Below the pieces are notes generated by a model. The model worked only from the letters and a program-made list of their open reading frames with translations, was not told the DNA's origin and ran no database searches. This document shows positions 29,509-38,432 of a stretch of DNA of 64,000 bases, piece after piece (position 1 is the first letter of the stretch; each line of letters begins with the position of its first letter). A program made the position numbers and the translations under genes. Origin of the DNA: Myxococcota bacterium (lineage in GTDB: Bacteria > Myxococcota_A > UBA9160 > UBA4427); contig OZ252299.1 of assembly GCA_965250285.1 (NCBI GenBank), forward strand, positions 3,456,001-3,520,000, read 5' to 3'.

Positions 29509-29754
29509 TTGAGGACGACTGCGTTTCTGACCCTCACCGGCACTGGCACGGTGATCCGAGAATGGCTCAATCAGCTCGCTGCAGGCAGCGCAGCCGCGCC
29601 CGAACTGCTGTTGCTGGGCGCCGCGATCGTCGGTCTCGGCCTTCAGACGCTTCGTTCTCACCGCGCCGAAGCGCCGGCGAGCGGAGCCGCGCCGACGACG
29701 GAGGTGCCGAACGCGACGCTCCCCGTCGTCTCGTCGGCCCCGAGTGGCGCTTGA
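29509..29754 (+). CDS. small single-TM hypothetical protein
   Basis: TTG start and the segment APELLLLGAAIVGLGL-QTLRSHR; fills an otherwise empty gap. Confidence 0.4.
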   Translation: MRTTAFLTLTGTGTVIREWLNQLAAGSAAAPELLLLGAAIVGLGLQTLRSHRAEAPASGAAPTTEVPNATLPVVSSAPSGA

Positions 29755-29926
29755 TCGCGAGCGGCCCCGCCCACATCGGGCACCAGACGTTCCGGCTCTC
29801 TTCGATCCCCGAACACGTTCTGTCTGCCGCCGCCGCGAGCGACCCGCCGCGACGGGGTAGACTCGCGCTCACTCCCCGCACACCGCGCCCGCGCTCTCTC
29901 GGCGCGCGGGGCTGACGGAGGGCTTC

Positions 29927-31633
29927 GTGGCGACTGCGCGCGCAGCCTGCATCCTGCGACTCGACGGCGACGACGGCGCGCGCGACCAGGTCTTCATCGT
30001 GGGCGACCGCACGGTGATCCTCGGACGCTCGGCCGACTGCGACATCGTCGTGCCCGAAGAGAGCGTGTCGCGCCGTCATGCGCGCTTCGGTCGCTCGGGC
30101 GACGGCTGGAAGATCACCGATCTCGGCAGCAAGAACGGGATCCGGGTCAACACCTTCAAGGTCGACGAACAGCGCCTGCGCGACGGCGATCGCATCGATC
30201 TGGGGACCGTCCGCATTCACGTCGAGATCGGAACGCCACCCGCTTCGCGGCGCGCCGACGTCGTCTTCAGCACCAGCGAAGAGCCGAGACTGCACACCGA
30301 GGTGCTCGACATCTCGGGCCTGACCTCGCTGCTCGGCAACGCGCCCGAGGCTTCCGTCGCGGCCGCGCCCAGCGTCATGGATCAGCAGGCGCCGGCCTCA
30401 CAGGCCGCCGCCGTGAGCGGCTCGCTCGTCGGGCTGGTCAGCGACGCGGCGCAGGCGCTGCTCACCTGCAACTCACTCGAAGAGACGCTCGATCGCATCC
30501 TCGCGCTCGTCTTCGACCATCTCCCCGCAGAGCGTGGCGTCATCTGCCTCTACGACGAGGCCAATGACCTCACGACACCGGCGGTGATGCGCACGCGCGA
30601 CGGGGTCCCCGACGCACCGATCTCGATCAGCTCGAACATCGCGAACGACGTCGTCCACCACCGGCAGGCCCTGCTGGTGCGCGATGCGCACCTCGACGAC
30701 CGCTTCGGCCAAGCCGAGAGCGTGATCGCAATGGACATCCACTCCGCCATGTGTGCCCCGCTGTACACCGGCGCCGCCGAAGGTGAAGGCGACACCGTGA
30801 GCGGCTACATCTACATCGATCGCCAGAGCGGTACTCAGCCCTTCGACACGCCCCACCTGCATGCGCTCTCGACGCTCGCGCTGCTCTCCGCCCTCGCCGT
30901 CGAGCAGGCGGGACTGCGCGACCGCGTGCGCGAGGAGCAGGCGCTGCGCTCGCGCCTCGCACGGTACAGCTCGCCGGCCGTGGTCGATCGCATCGTGAAC
31001 GCGCCCGGTGCGACCGAGCGCACCATGAACGCGGACGAATGCGACGTCAGCATCCTCTTCGCCGATCTCTCGGGCTTCACGGCCATGGCCGAAAAGCTGC
31101 GCTCGGCCGAGACCATCCAGGTGCTCAACCGCGTCTTCGAAGAGCTCACCCAGGCGATCTTCGAGCTCGAAGGCACGCTCGACAAGTATCGCGGCGATGG
31201 TCTGATGGCCTTCTTCGGTGCGCCCCTCGCCATGGCGGATCACGCTGAGCGCGCGTGCGAAGCCGCACTGCGCATGCAGGAAGCGCTCACCCGGCTGAAC
31301 CACACGACCGGGGCCGAGCTGGCGATCCGCATCGGGGTCAACTCGGGCAACGTCGTCGTCGGCGACATCGGATCACCCCAGCGCAAGGACTACACCGTCA
31401 TCGGCGATGCGGTGAACATCGCGAGCCGCCTCGAGAGCGAGGTCGCGAAGCCGGGGCAGGTGGTGATCGGCCCGGGCACACGCGAGCTCGTCGCTGCGCG
31501 CTTCATGGCCGAACCGCTCGCCGAAGTACAGGTCAAGGGCCGGAGCCGAAGCGTCTCGCCGTGGCTGCTGACGGGGCGCATCGACGAGCCCGGGCAGACG
31601 CCGACGACCTTCGCGGTGCGCGAGGTCGACTGA
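29927..31633 (+). CDS. FHA-GAF-class III adenylate/guanylate cyclase
   Basis: FHA motifs LGRS, VSRRHA and DLGSKNG; GAF motif SAMCAPL; cyclase motifs LFADLSGFT, DKYRGDG and DYTVIGDAVNIASRLE. The Lys/Asp specifier residues suggest ATP as substrate. Confidence 0.9.
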   Translation: MATARAACILRLDGDDGARDQVFIVGDRTVILGRSADCDIVVPEESVSRRHARFGRSGDGWKITDLGSKNGIRVNTFKVDEQRLRDGDRIDLGTVRIHVEIGTPPASRRADVVFSTSEEPRLHTEVLDISGLTSLLGNAPEASVAAAPSVMDQQAPASQAAAVSGSLVGLVSDAAQALLTCNSLEETLDRILALVFDHLPAERGVICLYDEANDLTTPAVMRTRDGVPDAPISISSNIANDVVHHRQALLVRDAHLDDRFGQAESVIAMDIHSAMCAPLYTGAAEGEGDTVSGYIYIDRQSGTQPFDTPHLHALSTLALLSALAVEQAGLRDRVREEQALRSRLARYSSPAVVDRIVNAPGATERTMNADECDVSILFADLSGFTAMAEKLRSAETIQVLNRVFEELTQAIFELEGTLDKYRGDGLMAFFGAPLAMADHAERACEAALRMQEALTRLNHTTGAELAIRIGVNSGNVVVGDIGSPQRKDYTVIGDAVNIASRLESEVAKPGQVVIGPGTRELVAARFMAEPLAEVQVKGRSRSVSPWLLTGRIDEPGQTPTTFAVREVD

Positions 31634-31687
31634 GGCGGGGATCGAGTAGACTCTCGGGCTTCCAGCGCCCGAAGGATCCCCATCGTC

Positions 31688-32917
31688 ATGACCGAGCAAG
31701 GCAAGGAGCCGGGCAACGCCGCGCTCCTCGAGCAGTTCCAGAGCGTCCTCGTCGGCAACTACGCCCCCGCACCGATCGCGCTCGTGCGCGGCGAGGGCTG
31801 CCGTCTGTTCGACGCCGACGGCCGCTCGTATCTCGATCTGATGGGCGGGATCGCCACGGCCGCGCTCGGCCATTGCCATCCGCGGGTGGTCGCCGCGCTC
31901 GAAGCGCAGGCGAAGAAGCTGTGGCACGTGTCGAACCTGTTCGTCACCGAGCCCCAGACGCGACTGGCGCAGCGCATCGTCGACCACTCCTTCGCCGACC
32001 GCGTCTACTTCTCGAACTCGGGAGCCGAGGCAAACGAGGCCGCGCTCAAGCTCGCCCGGCGCTACTACCACGACAGGGGTGAATCGCGCTTCGAGATCAT
32101 CGCCTTCGACGGGGGCTTTCACGGCCGCACGCTCTTCACCGTGTCTGCGACCGGCACAGCCGCGTACCACGAAGGCTTCGGCCCCCTCGTCCCCGGCATC
32201 CACCATGTCCCCTACGGCGACCTCGACGCGGTGAAGTCGAAGCTGAACGAGCACACCGCCGCGATCCTGATCGAGCCGATCCAGGGCGAAGGCGGCGTGC
32301 GCCCGGCGCCCAAGCAGTTTCTCGAAGATCTGCGCCGGGCAGCCGACGAGAACGGCTGCCTGCTGATCTTCGATGAGGTGCAGTCGGGCATGGGGCGAAC
32401 GGGCCGACTCTTTGCCTACGAGCACACCGGCGTCGAACCCGACGTGATGACGCTGGCGAAGGCACTCGGCAACGGCATCCCCATCGGCGCGATGTGTACC
32501 CGCAGCGAGCTGGCCTCGAGTCTCGTGCCGGGCACGCACGCATCGACCTTCGGCGGCAACCCGCTGGCCGCCGCGTGCGCGAACGCCGTATTCGAAGTAC
32601 TGCTCGACGACGGCGTGCTCGCGCACGGCGCGGAGATGGGGCACCGGCTCGCGGAGCGACTCGAACAGATCGCCGAGAAGGCGGGGCCGAGCGTCGTGCG
32701 CGAGACGCGAGGCCTCGGCCTGCTGCGCGGCATCGAGCTGGCACCGGAGGTGAACGCGAACGACGTGCGCTCGGCCTGCACCGATCGGGGCGTGCTCGTG
32801 ATCACCGCCGGGGGCAACACGCTGCGCATGGCGCCGCCGCTCGTCGTCACCGAAGCCGAGCTCGATGAGGGGCTCGCCGTGATCGAAGACGTGCTCTGCC
32901 GCGCCGTTCCCAGCTAG
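31688..32917 (+). CDS. argD: acetylornithine aminotransferase
   Basis: Motifs NSGAEANEAALKLAR, FHGRT, EPIQGEGG, DEVQSGMGRTG, TLAKALGNG and HASTFGGNP. Confidence 0.9.
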   Translation: MTEQGKEPGNAALLEQFQSVLVGNYAPAPIALVRGEGCRLFDADGRSYLDLMGGIATAALGHCHPRVVAALEAQAKKLWHVSNLFVTEPQTRLAQRIVDHSFADRVYFSNSGAEANEAALKLARRYYHDRGESRFEIIAFDGGFHGRTLFTVSATGTAAYHEGFGPLVPGIHHVPYGDLDAVKSKLNEHTAAILIEPIQGEGGVRPAPKQFLEDLRRAADENGCLLIFDEVQSGMGRTGRLFAYEHTGVEPDVMTLAKALGNGIPIGAMCTRSELASSLVPGTHASTFGGNPLAAACANAVFEVLLDDGVLAHGAEMGHRLAERLEQIAEKAGPSVVRETRGLGLLRGIELAPEVNANDVRSACTDRGVLVITAGGNTLRMAPPLVVTEAELDEGLAVIEDVLCRAVPS

Positions 32918-32977
32918 TCGACGCGGCGCCTTCGTGCGCGGACAGCCCCGGGCGGTCGCGGCCGCCCTCCACTTCGG

Positions 32978-33361
32978 TCAGGAGCCGGCGGTGGCCAGCT
33001 CGGGGTCGAAGACCCAGCCCATGTCTTCCATGCACTCGCCGGCGAGGGCGAACTGATGGAGCGGGTGGGCGCGCACGTAGCCCTCGTCGGCGAGCAGCTT
33101 CTCGCGGCACGTGCGCACGTCGGCCAGCGCGTCGCGCTCACCGGGCTGGCCGTCGGGCCAGCGGACCATCGTGACGGCCTTCTCATCCCACTGAGAGACC
33201 TCAGCGTTGCGCTCCTCGACGGTCATCGAAGCGAGGTCGGGGCCCGCCTGCGACGGCAGACCCGCGCCGCCACGCGGGCGCATCGGCTCTTCATCGACGC
33301 CGCATGCGGCGGCTGCGAGGGCCGCGATCACGAGAGCTGCTCTCAACGCCTTGCCATTCAT
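32978..33361 (-). CDS. hypothetical lipoprotein
   Basis: MNGKALRAALVIAALAAAA-C signal with lipobox; GGAGGAAG RBS upstream. Confidence 0.65.
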   Translation of the reverse strand: MNGKALRAALVIAALAAAACGVDEEPMRPRGGAGLPSQAGPDLASMTVEERNAEVSQWDEKAVTMVRWPDGQPGERDALADVRTCREKLLADEGYVRAHPLHQFALAGECMEDMGWVFDPELATAGS

Positions 33362-33601
33362 CGTGCTTCCTCCGTTGCGCGTGTTCGGGCCGGGTGCGCA
33401 GGACCGACGCGCGTCTCGTGCAATCGGTCGATGCAGCGCTGCGCTCGAGCCCATTGCGGCGTTGGAACCCGGTCGTTCGACGCCGTCTTACGCCAGCGCG
33501 CGGGAGTGTGGACGAGCAGGCTCGCGTTCGGAAGTCGGACGAAACCCGTGTCCCCGCGGGATCCGGGCCGGCCCGGGTCGCGCGCTGATAGACTCGCTGC
33601 C

Positions 33602-34660
33602 ATGGAGCGCGCCCCGAAGGTCTATCTCGCCCGAGCGCTCCTGCTCTTGGTGAGCCTCAGCCTCGTCTTCGCCGTCGGCGAGATCTGGGTGCGGCTCGCG
33701 TTGCCCGATACGGACCCGATCCGATCGGCAACACCCGACGAGGTGCGCGGGCTGCCGCTGCTGAAGACCATGCACGAGCTGCGGCAGCCGAACGTGCGCG
33801 GGCGGCACGTCAACCAGGTGCACCGCACGAACTCCTTCGGTCTGCGTGGGCCCGAGTGGGCGCGCGAAGCCGCGCCCGGGACGACACGAATCGGCGTCGG
33901 TGGCGATTCGGTGACGATGGGATGGGGCGTCGAGGAGTCGGATCGCTACAGCGACCAGCTCGAGCGCGCCCTCGACGGGTCGGCGGGCGAGGCGTCGACC
34001 GAGGTGGTGAACACCGGGCTCGCGGGCTTGAACGCGATCCAGGGGGTGCGCCGGCTGCTTCGCTTCGATGACGTCTACGGCTTCGACCTGCTCGTGTACG
34101 GGTTCACACCGAACGACGTCGAGGGCCCCGACTACGTGCACCTCGGTCCGGAGGGCGGTCACGCCGGCCGCTTCAAGCGGTTGACCCGTGCACGCACGTC
34201 GCCCTCACGGCTGTGGCGGCGCGTGTGGCCCGGGCTGATCACCTTCTACGAGCAGATCGCGCCGTGGGAGCAGACGCTCGAAGAAGAGCTCGCGTACAAC
34301 ATCCTCGAGAACGAACGCGCGTGAGCGCAGATCGACCAGGCCCTCGCGCTGCTCGCCGACGCAGCGGCCGCGAACGGCCGATGCGGCCTCGTCCTGATCC
34401 ACACCCCGCTCACGAACCTCTCGCCGATGCGTCCGCTCGACCGGGCGCTCGAGAAGGTCGAGCGCTCCGCCACCGATAAGGGGCTGGTCGCGGTCCCGAC
34501 GCTCGACGCGTTCACGGGCCTGTACGGACCGAACCTGTGGGTGAGCGGGTTCGATCCGCATCCCAATGCCGCGGCGCACGCGCTGCTCGCCGAACGACTC
34601 GAAGCGGCGGTGCGCGACCTTCCGCCGACGTGCTTCGAGCGGTCGCGCGTCGCCGGCTAG
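33602..34660 (+). pseudogene. SGNH/GDSL hydrolase interrupted by an in-frame TGA at 34322-34324
   Basis: N-terminal TM, NSFGLRG, GDSVTMG, VVNTG and PND precede the stop. The same frame continues to DPHPNAAAH and a TAG at 34658-34660. Confidence 0.8.
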
Positions 34661-35430
34661 CGCCCCTTCCAGACGGGCTTGCGCTTCTCGGCGAAGGCGC
34701 GTGGCCCTTCCTTGAAGTCGTCGCTGCGCAACATCGCGCCGATGCCGTCGTAGCGCGCAGCCATGGCGTCTTCGATCGAGCCGTGCGCCAGGCCTTCCAT
34801 CGCGACCTGTTTGGTCGCGCGCACCGAGAGCGGCGCACACTCGATGATCTGATCCGCCCACCGATGGGCCGCAGGCAGCAGGTCTTCGGGCGCGACGACC
34901 TCGTTGACGAAGCCGAGCCGCTCGCCCTCTTCGGCCGACACACGACGACCGGTGAGCAGCATGCCCATCGCCTGCTTGAGACCGATCTGGCGCGGCAGTC
35001 GGTGCATGCCGCCCGCGAGTGCCGCGAGCCCGACTCGGGGCTCGGGCAGCGCAAAGGTCGCCTTGCTCGACGCGATGATGAGATCACAGGCGAGCGCGAT
35101 CTCGAACCCGCCGCCCATCGCCACGCCGTTCACGGCGGCGATCAGCGGCTTCACGTTGTCGTAGCGATCGGTCAGTCCGGCGAAGCCCTTCTTCGGCACG
35201 GCCACTTCGCCGCCGCCCGCCTGGAACTTCAGATCGTTGCCGGCCGAGAACGCGCGCTCGCCTGCGCCCGTCAGGATCGCGACCCAGAGGTCGGAATCTT
35301 CGACGAACTCGTCGAAGACGGCCTCGAGCTCGAGGTTCGCCGGAGGATGGAGCGAGTTCATCACCTCGGGGCGCTCGATCGTCACGGTCAGAACGTGTCC
35401 GTCGCGGGACGTACTGCAGAACTCGGGCAT
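34657..35430 (-). CDS. enoyl-CoA hydratase/crotonase family protein
   Basis: Motifs FSAGNDLK, GGGFEIALACD, LPEPRVG and EGPRAFAEKRKPVWKGR. Confidence 0.92.
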   Translation of the reverse strand: MPEFCSTSRDGHVLTVTIERPEVMNSLHPPANLELEAVFDEFVEDSDLWVAILTGAGERAFSAGNDLKFQAGGGEVAVPKKGFAGLTDRYDNVKPLIAAVNGVAMGGGFEIALACDLIIASSKATFALPEPRVGLAALAGGMHRLPRQIGLKQAMGMLLTGRRVSAEEGERLGFVNEVVAPEDLLPAAHRWADQIIECAPLSVRATKQVAMEGLAHGSIEDAMAARYDGIGAMLRSDDFKEGPRAFAEKRKPVWKGR

Positions 35431-35588
35431 CGGGGCCTCCTACAAGTCGACGGTCGAAGGTACCACCGGTGGGCGCGGCGGCGCGGCTTCGCAGCCGGGT
35501 CGGCTCCGGGCGGGCGCGAGCTCGAATCGGAGTCGGAGTCGGAGTCGGACCGGCGAACCACGTGGCTCGGCTCGAGACCCGTCAGCAG

Positions 35589-36656
35589 CTAGCCCCGGCG
35601 CTTGCGAACGGCCTCGGCGAGCTCGTCGAAGAGCGGGACGGTCTGCTCCCAGCTCATGCACTTGTCGGTGATCGACTGGCCTCGGGTCAGGTGCTCGGTC
35701 GAGGCGCTCTGCTGCGAATGACTCTGATTGCCCTCGACGAGAAAGCTCTCGAGCATCAAGCCGAAGACGTGCTCACCGCCATCGCCCACCCGTCCTGCGA
35801 GATCGCGGGCGACATCGGGCTGGACACGGTGATCCTTGCCGCTGTTCGCGTGGCTGCAGTCGACCATGACGCGCGGCGTGAGTCCGGCCGATTCGAGGCG
35901 CTCGGCCGCGGCGTCGACCGACGCCTTGTCGTAGTTCGGACCGCTCTTGCCGCCTCGCAGGATCAGGTGGCACGCATCGTTGCCCTTGGTCGCGACGATC
36001 GCGGCGACCCCCTGCTTCGTCACCGAGAGGAAGTGGTGCGGGTTGGCGGCCGACCCGATCGCGTCGACCGCGATCTGCACCGAGCCACCGGTGCCGTTCT
36101 TGAAGCCAACGGGCATCGAGAGCCCCGAAGCGAGCTCGCGGTGGACCTGGCTCTCGGATGTGCGCGCGCCGATGGCGCCCCACGACACCAGGTCGGCGTA
36201 GAACTGCGGGGTGATCGGATCGAGGAACTCGCTGGCGGCCGCCAGCCCGAGATCGAGCACGCCGAGCAGGAAGCGTCGCGCTTCATGCAGACCCTCGTTG
36301 ATCGAGAAGCTGCCATCGAGATGGGGGTCGTTGATCAGCCCCTTCCAGCCGACGGTGGTGCGGGGCTTCTCGAAGTACACCCGCATCACGATGCAGAGGT
36401 CTTCTCTGTACTGCTCGCGTGCCTGGGCGAGGCGCGCCGCGTACTCGAGCCCCGCCTCGGGGTCGTGGATCGAGCAGGGACCGCAGACCACGACGAGGCG
36501 GTCGTCCTCGCCCTTCAGGATCGCGCCGATCGAGTCGCGCGCATCGGCGACCGTCGTCGACGCGGCCTCGGTGAGCGGCAGCTCCTCCATCAGGATCGCG
36601 GGGGAGATGAGAGGGCGGAGCCCCTCGATTCGGAGATCGTCGGTCTCGTGGAACAT
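35589..36656 (-). CDS. 3-deoxy-7-phosphoheptulonate (DAHP) synthase, AroF/G/H class
   Basis: Motifs GPCSIHD, RVYFEKPRTTVGWKG, IGARTSESQVHRE, DCSHANS and GQSITD. The isozyme cannot be assigned. Confidence 0.94.
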   Translation of the reverse strand: MFHETDDLRIEGLRPLISPAILMEELPLTEAASTTVADARDSIGAILKGEDDRLVVVCGPCSIHDPEAGLEYAARLAQAREQYREDLCIVMRVYFEKPRTTVGWKGLINDPHLDGSFSINEGLHEARRFLLGVLDLGLAAASEFLDPITPQFYADLVSWGAIGARTSESQVHRELASGLSMPVGFKNGTGGSVQIAVDAIGSAANPHHFLSVTKQGVAAIVATKGNDACHLILRGGKSGPNYDKASVDAAAERLESAGLTPRVMVDCSHANSGKDHRVQPDVARDLAGRVGDGGEHVFGLMLESFLVEGNQSHSQQSASTEHLTRGQSITDKCMSWEQTVPLFDELAEAVRKRRG

Positions 36657-36751
36657 CTCGGGTCCTGGGCCTCGGACGGCCCCTCCAGGCGCGGTGCGAA
36701 ACCGGGTGTGTATCACCCTTGACGACCGGTTTCACGCCGGGGCGCGGGGCA

Positions 36752-36953
36752 GCCCTGATTCGCCCCCGAGATGGTTCAGACGCGGCCGCCCCGATTCGCC
36801 CCCGAGATGGTTCAGACGCGGCCGCCCCGATTCGCCCCCGAGACGGTTCACGCGCGGCCGCCCCGGTTCGCCCGCGAGACGGTTCGCGCGAGGCCGCCCC
36901 GGCTCGCCCCCGAGACGGTTCACGCGCGGCCGCCCCGGTGTCGCCCCCGAGAT
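36752..36953. repeat. 36-bp imperfect tandem repeat, about 5.5 copies
   Basis: Unit about GCCCCGATTCGCCCCCGAGATGGTTCAGACGCGGCC, head-to-tail without spacers, drifting along the array. Confidence 0.92.
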
Positions 36954-37011
36954 GCGTCCGTCGAGCCCGGCCCGTGCGGACGAGGACCGCGCTCGGGCGC
37001 AGCGGCGGCGG

Positions 37012-37269
37012 TCAGTCGTACCCGCGCCAGTCCCGAGCCCCTGCGTACGCAGCCCAGACGCAGATGCCGTGCACGAGGAATCCCGGCAGCAGCACCGCCG
37101 AGTAGGCGAACCCCGTGGCCAGGAACCAGAGCGCGCCGGCGAAGAGACGCCCGTTGTAGACCTGCCCCAGCCCCGGGATCACGACCGAGAGCACGGCGGA
37201 GATGCCCGGGCTGGGCGCACGGCGGACGTAGACGTCGTCGGGCAGGGTGTCTTCGTAGCGACTGATCAT
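37012..37269 (-). CDS. small membrane protein (SPG..A.LS..IPGLGQ.YNG family)
   Basis: AGAGGAG RBS and the motif SPGISAVLSVVIPGLGQVYNG followed by hydrophobic helices. Confidence 0.75.
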   Translation of the reverse strand: MISRYEDTLPDDVYVRRAPSPGISAVLSVVIPGLGQVYNGRLFAGALWFLATGFAYSAVLLPGFLVHGICVWAAYAGARDWRGYD

Positions 37270-37348
37270 GCGGGTTCTCCTCTGCGGCCGGGTTCGAATC
37301 AGGGCCGCACCCGCGATCGCGAGCGCGCCCCTCGATGCACCCCGTGAG

Positions 37349-37412
37349 CCATGGGCCATGAGCGAAGAGCTATTGGCTATGAGCTATTGGCTATGAGCTA
37401 TGAGCTATGAGC
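37349..37412. repeat. 7-bp short tandem repeat
   Basis: GAGCTAT/TGGCTAT units (about 6.5) preceded by CCATGGG CCATGAG; locally AT-richer than the flanks. Confidence 0.85.
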
Positions 37413-37574
37413 AAGCTGCGTGCCCGCCCGATCGAACGCCGAACGGGCCCCAGAGCCGCGCCCTCGGGAAAGCCCAGCGATGTCCGCAGCTCTCAGGCGA
37501 CAGTGCAACCGAATCCCTGCATGCGCGCCGACGCATCCTGCGGGGATGCGCCGCGGATCGCCTACACTGAGGCC

Positions 37575-38420
37575 ATGCAATCCGACCCGACGCGGCGCTT
37601 CGCCGACCTGGCGGCTCTGCCCGATCCCGAGATCGACGTGGCGCTCGGCGCATTCCTGATCGCGGCCGAGCAGGCGCCCGGCCTCGACGTCAGCGCCCAG
37701 CTCGAGCGCCTCGACCTGATCGCCGATCGCCTGGCGCCGGAGGTCGCGTCGGCGCCCGACGACGCGGCGCGGATCGAGCTGTTGAATCGTGGCCTGTTCG
37801 ACGATCTCGGGTTCCATGGCAACCGAGACGACTACGAAGACCCGCGCAACAGCTTTCTCAACGAGGTGCTCGATCGCCGTACGGGCATCCCGATCACGCT
37901 CGCGCTCGTCTACGTCGAGGTCGCGCGTCGGCTCGGCATGAACGCGGCCGGGGTCGGGTTTCCGGGCCACTTCCTCGCCAAGATCAGCGACGTCGCCACG
38001 CCCGACGGCAACGACGAGGTCGTGATCGACGCCTTCTTCGGCCGGACCATCGGGCTTCACGAGTGCCAGGAACGGTTGCGCCAGGCGCTCGGCCCGGGCG
38101 CTCACCTCGGGCCCGACAGCCTGCGCGCAGCCACGTCACGCGAGATCCTGACCCGGATGCTCTCGAACCTGAAGGGCCACCACCTGCGCCGGGCAGAGCC
38201 GCTCGACGCACTGTCGTGCATCGATCGCATCTTGATGCTGTGGCCCGGCGCCGCGCTCGAGTACCGAGACCGCGGCCTGATCAACGACCAGCTCGGCTTC
38301 AGCGAGCCGGCCCGCGCCGACCTCGAGCGCTTCCTCGAGCTCGCGCCGATGCATGAGAGCGCGGCACAGGTGCGTTCGACGCTCGAGCGCATCGGGACGA
38401 CCCGACCGCTGATTCACTGA
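37575..38420 (+). CDS. SirB1/transglutaminase-like protein with C-terminal TPR
   Basis: Motifs GFHGNRDDYEDPRNSFLNEVLDRRTGIPITL, GVGFPGHFL, RMLSNLK and RDRGL. Confidence 0.88.
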   Translation: MQSDPTRRFADLAALPDPEIDVALGAFLIAAEQAPGLDVSAQLERLDLIADRLAPEVASAPDDAARIELLNRGLFDDLGFHGNRDDYEDPRNSFLNEVLDRRTGIPITLALVYVEVARRLGMNAAGVGFPGHFLAKISDVATPDGNDEVVIDAFFGRTIGLHECQERLRQALGPGAHLGPDSLRAATSREILTRMLSNLKGHHLRRAEPLDALSCIDRILMLWPGAALEYRDRGLINDQLGFSEPARADLERFLELAPMHESAAQVRSTLERIGTTRPLIH

Positions 38421-38432
38421 CGCGGGCGCGTC

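Noticed and set aside
34322..34324. Genome-wide UGA recoding or selenocysteine
   Set aside because: Many genes here terminate at TGA, and the position is not a redox or catalytic Cys context.
36732..36923. Aromatic-amino-acid attenuator leader for DAHP synthase
   Set aside because: The coding-strand peptide has no Phe/Tyr/Trp runs, and no terminator with a U-tract follows.
36752..36953. CRISPR array (36-bp repeats)
   Set aside because: Units are head-to-tail with no unique spacers, and no cas genes are in the window.
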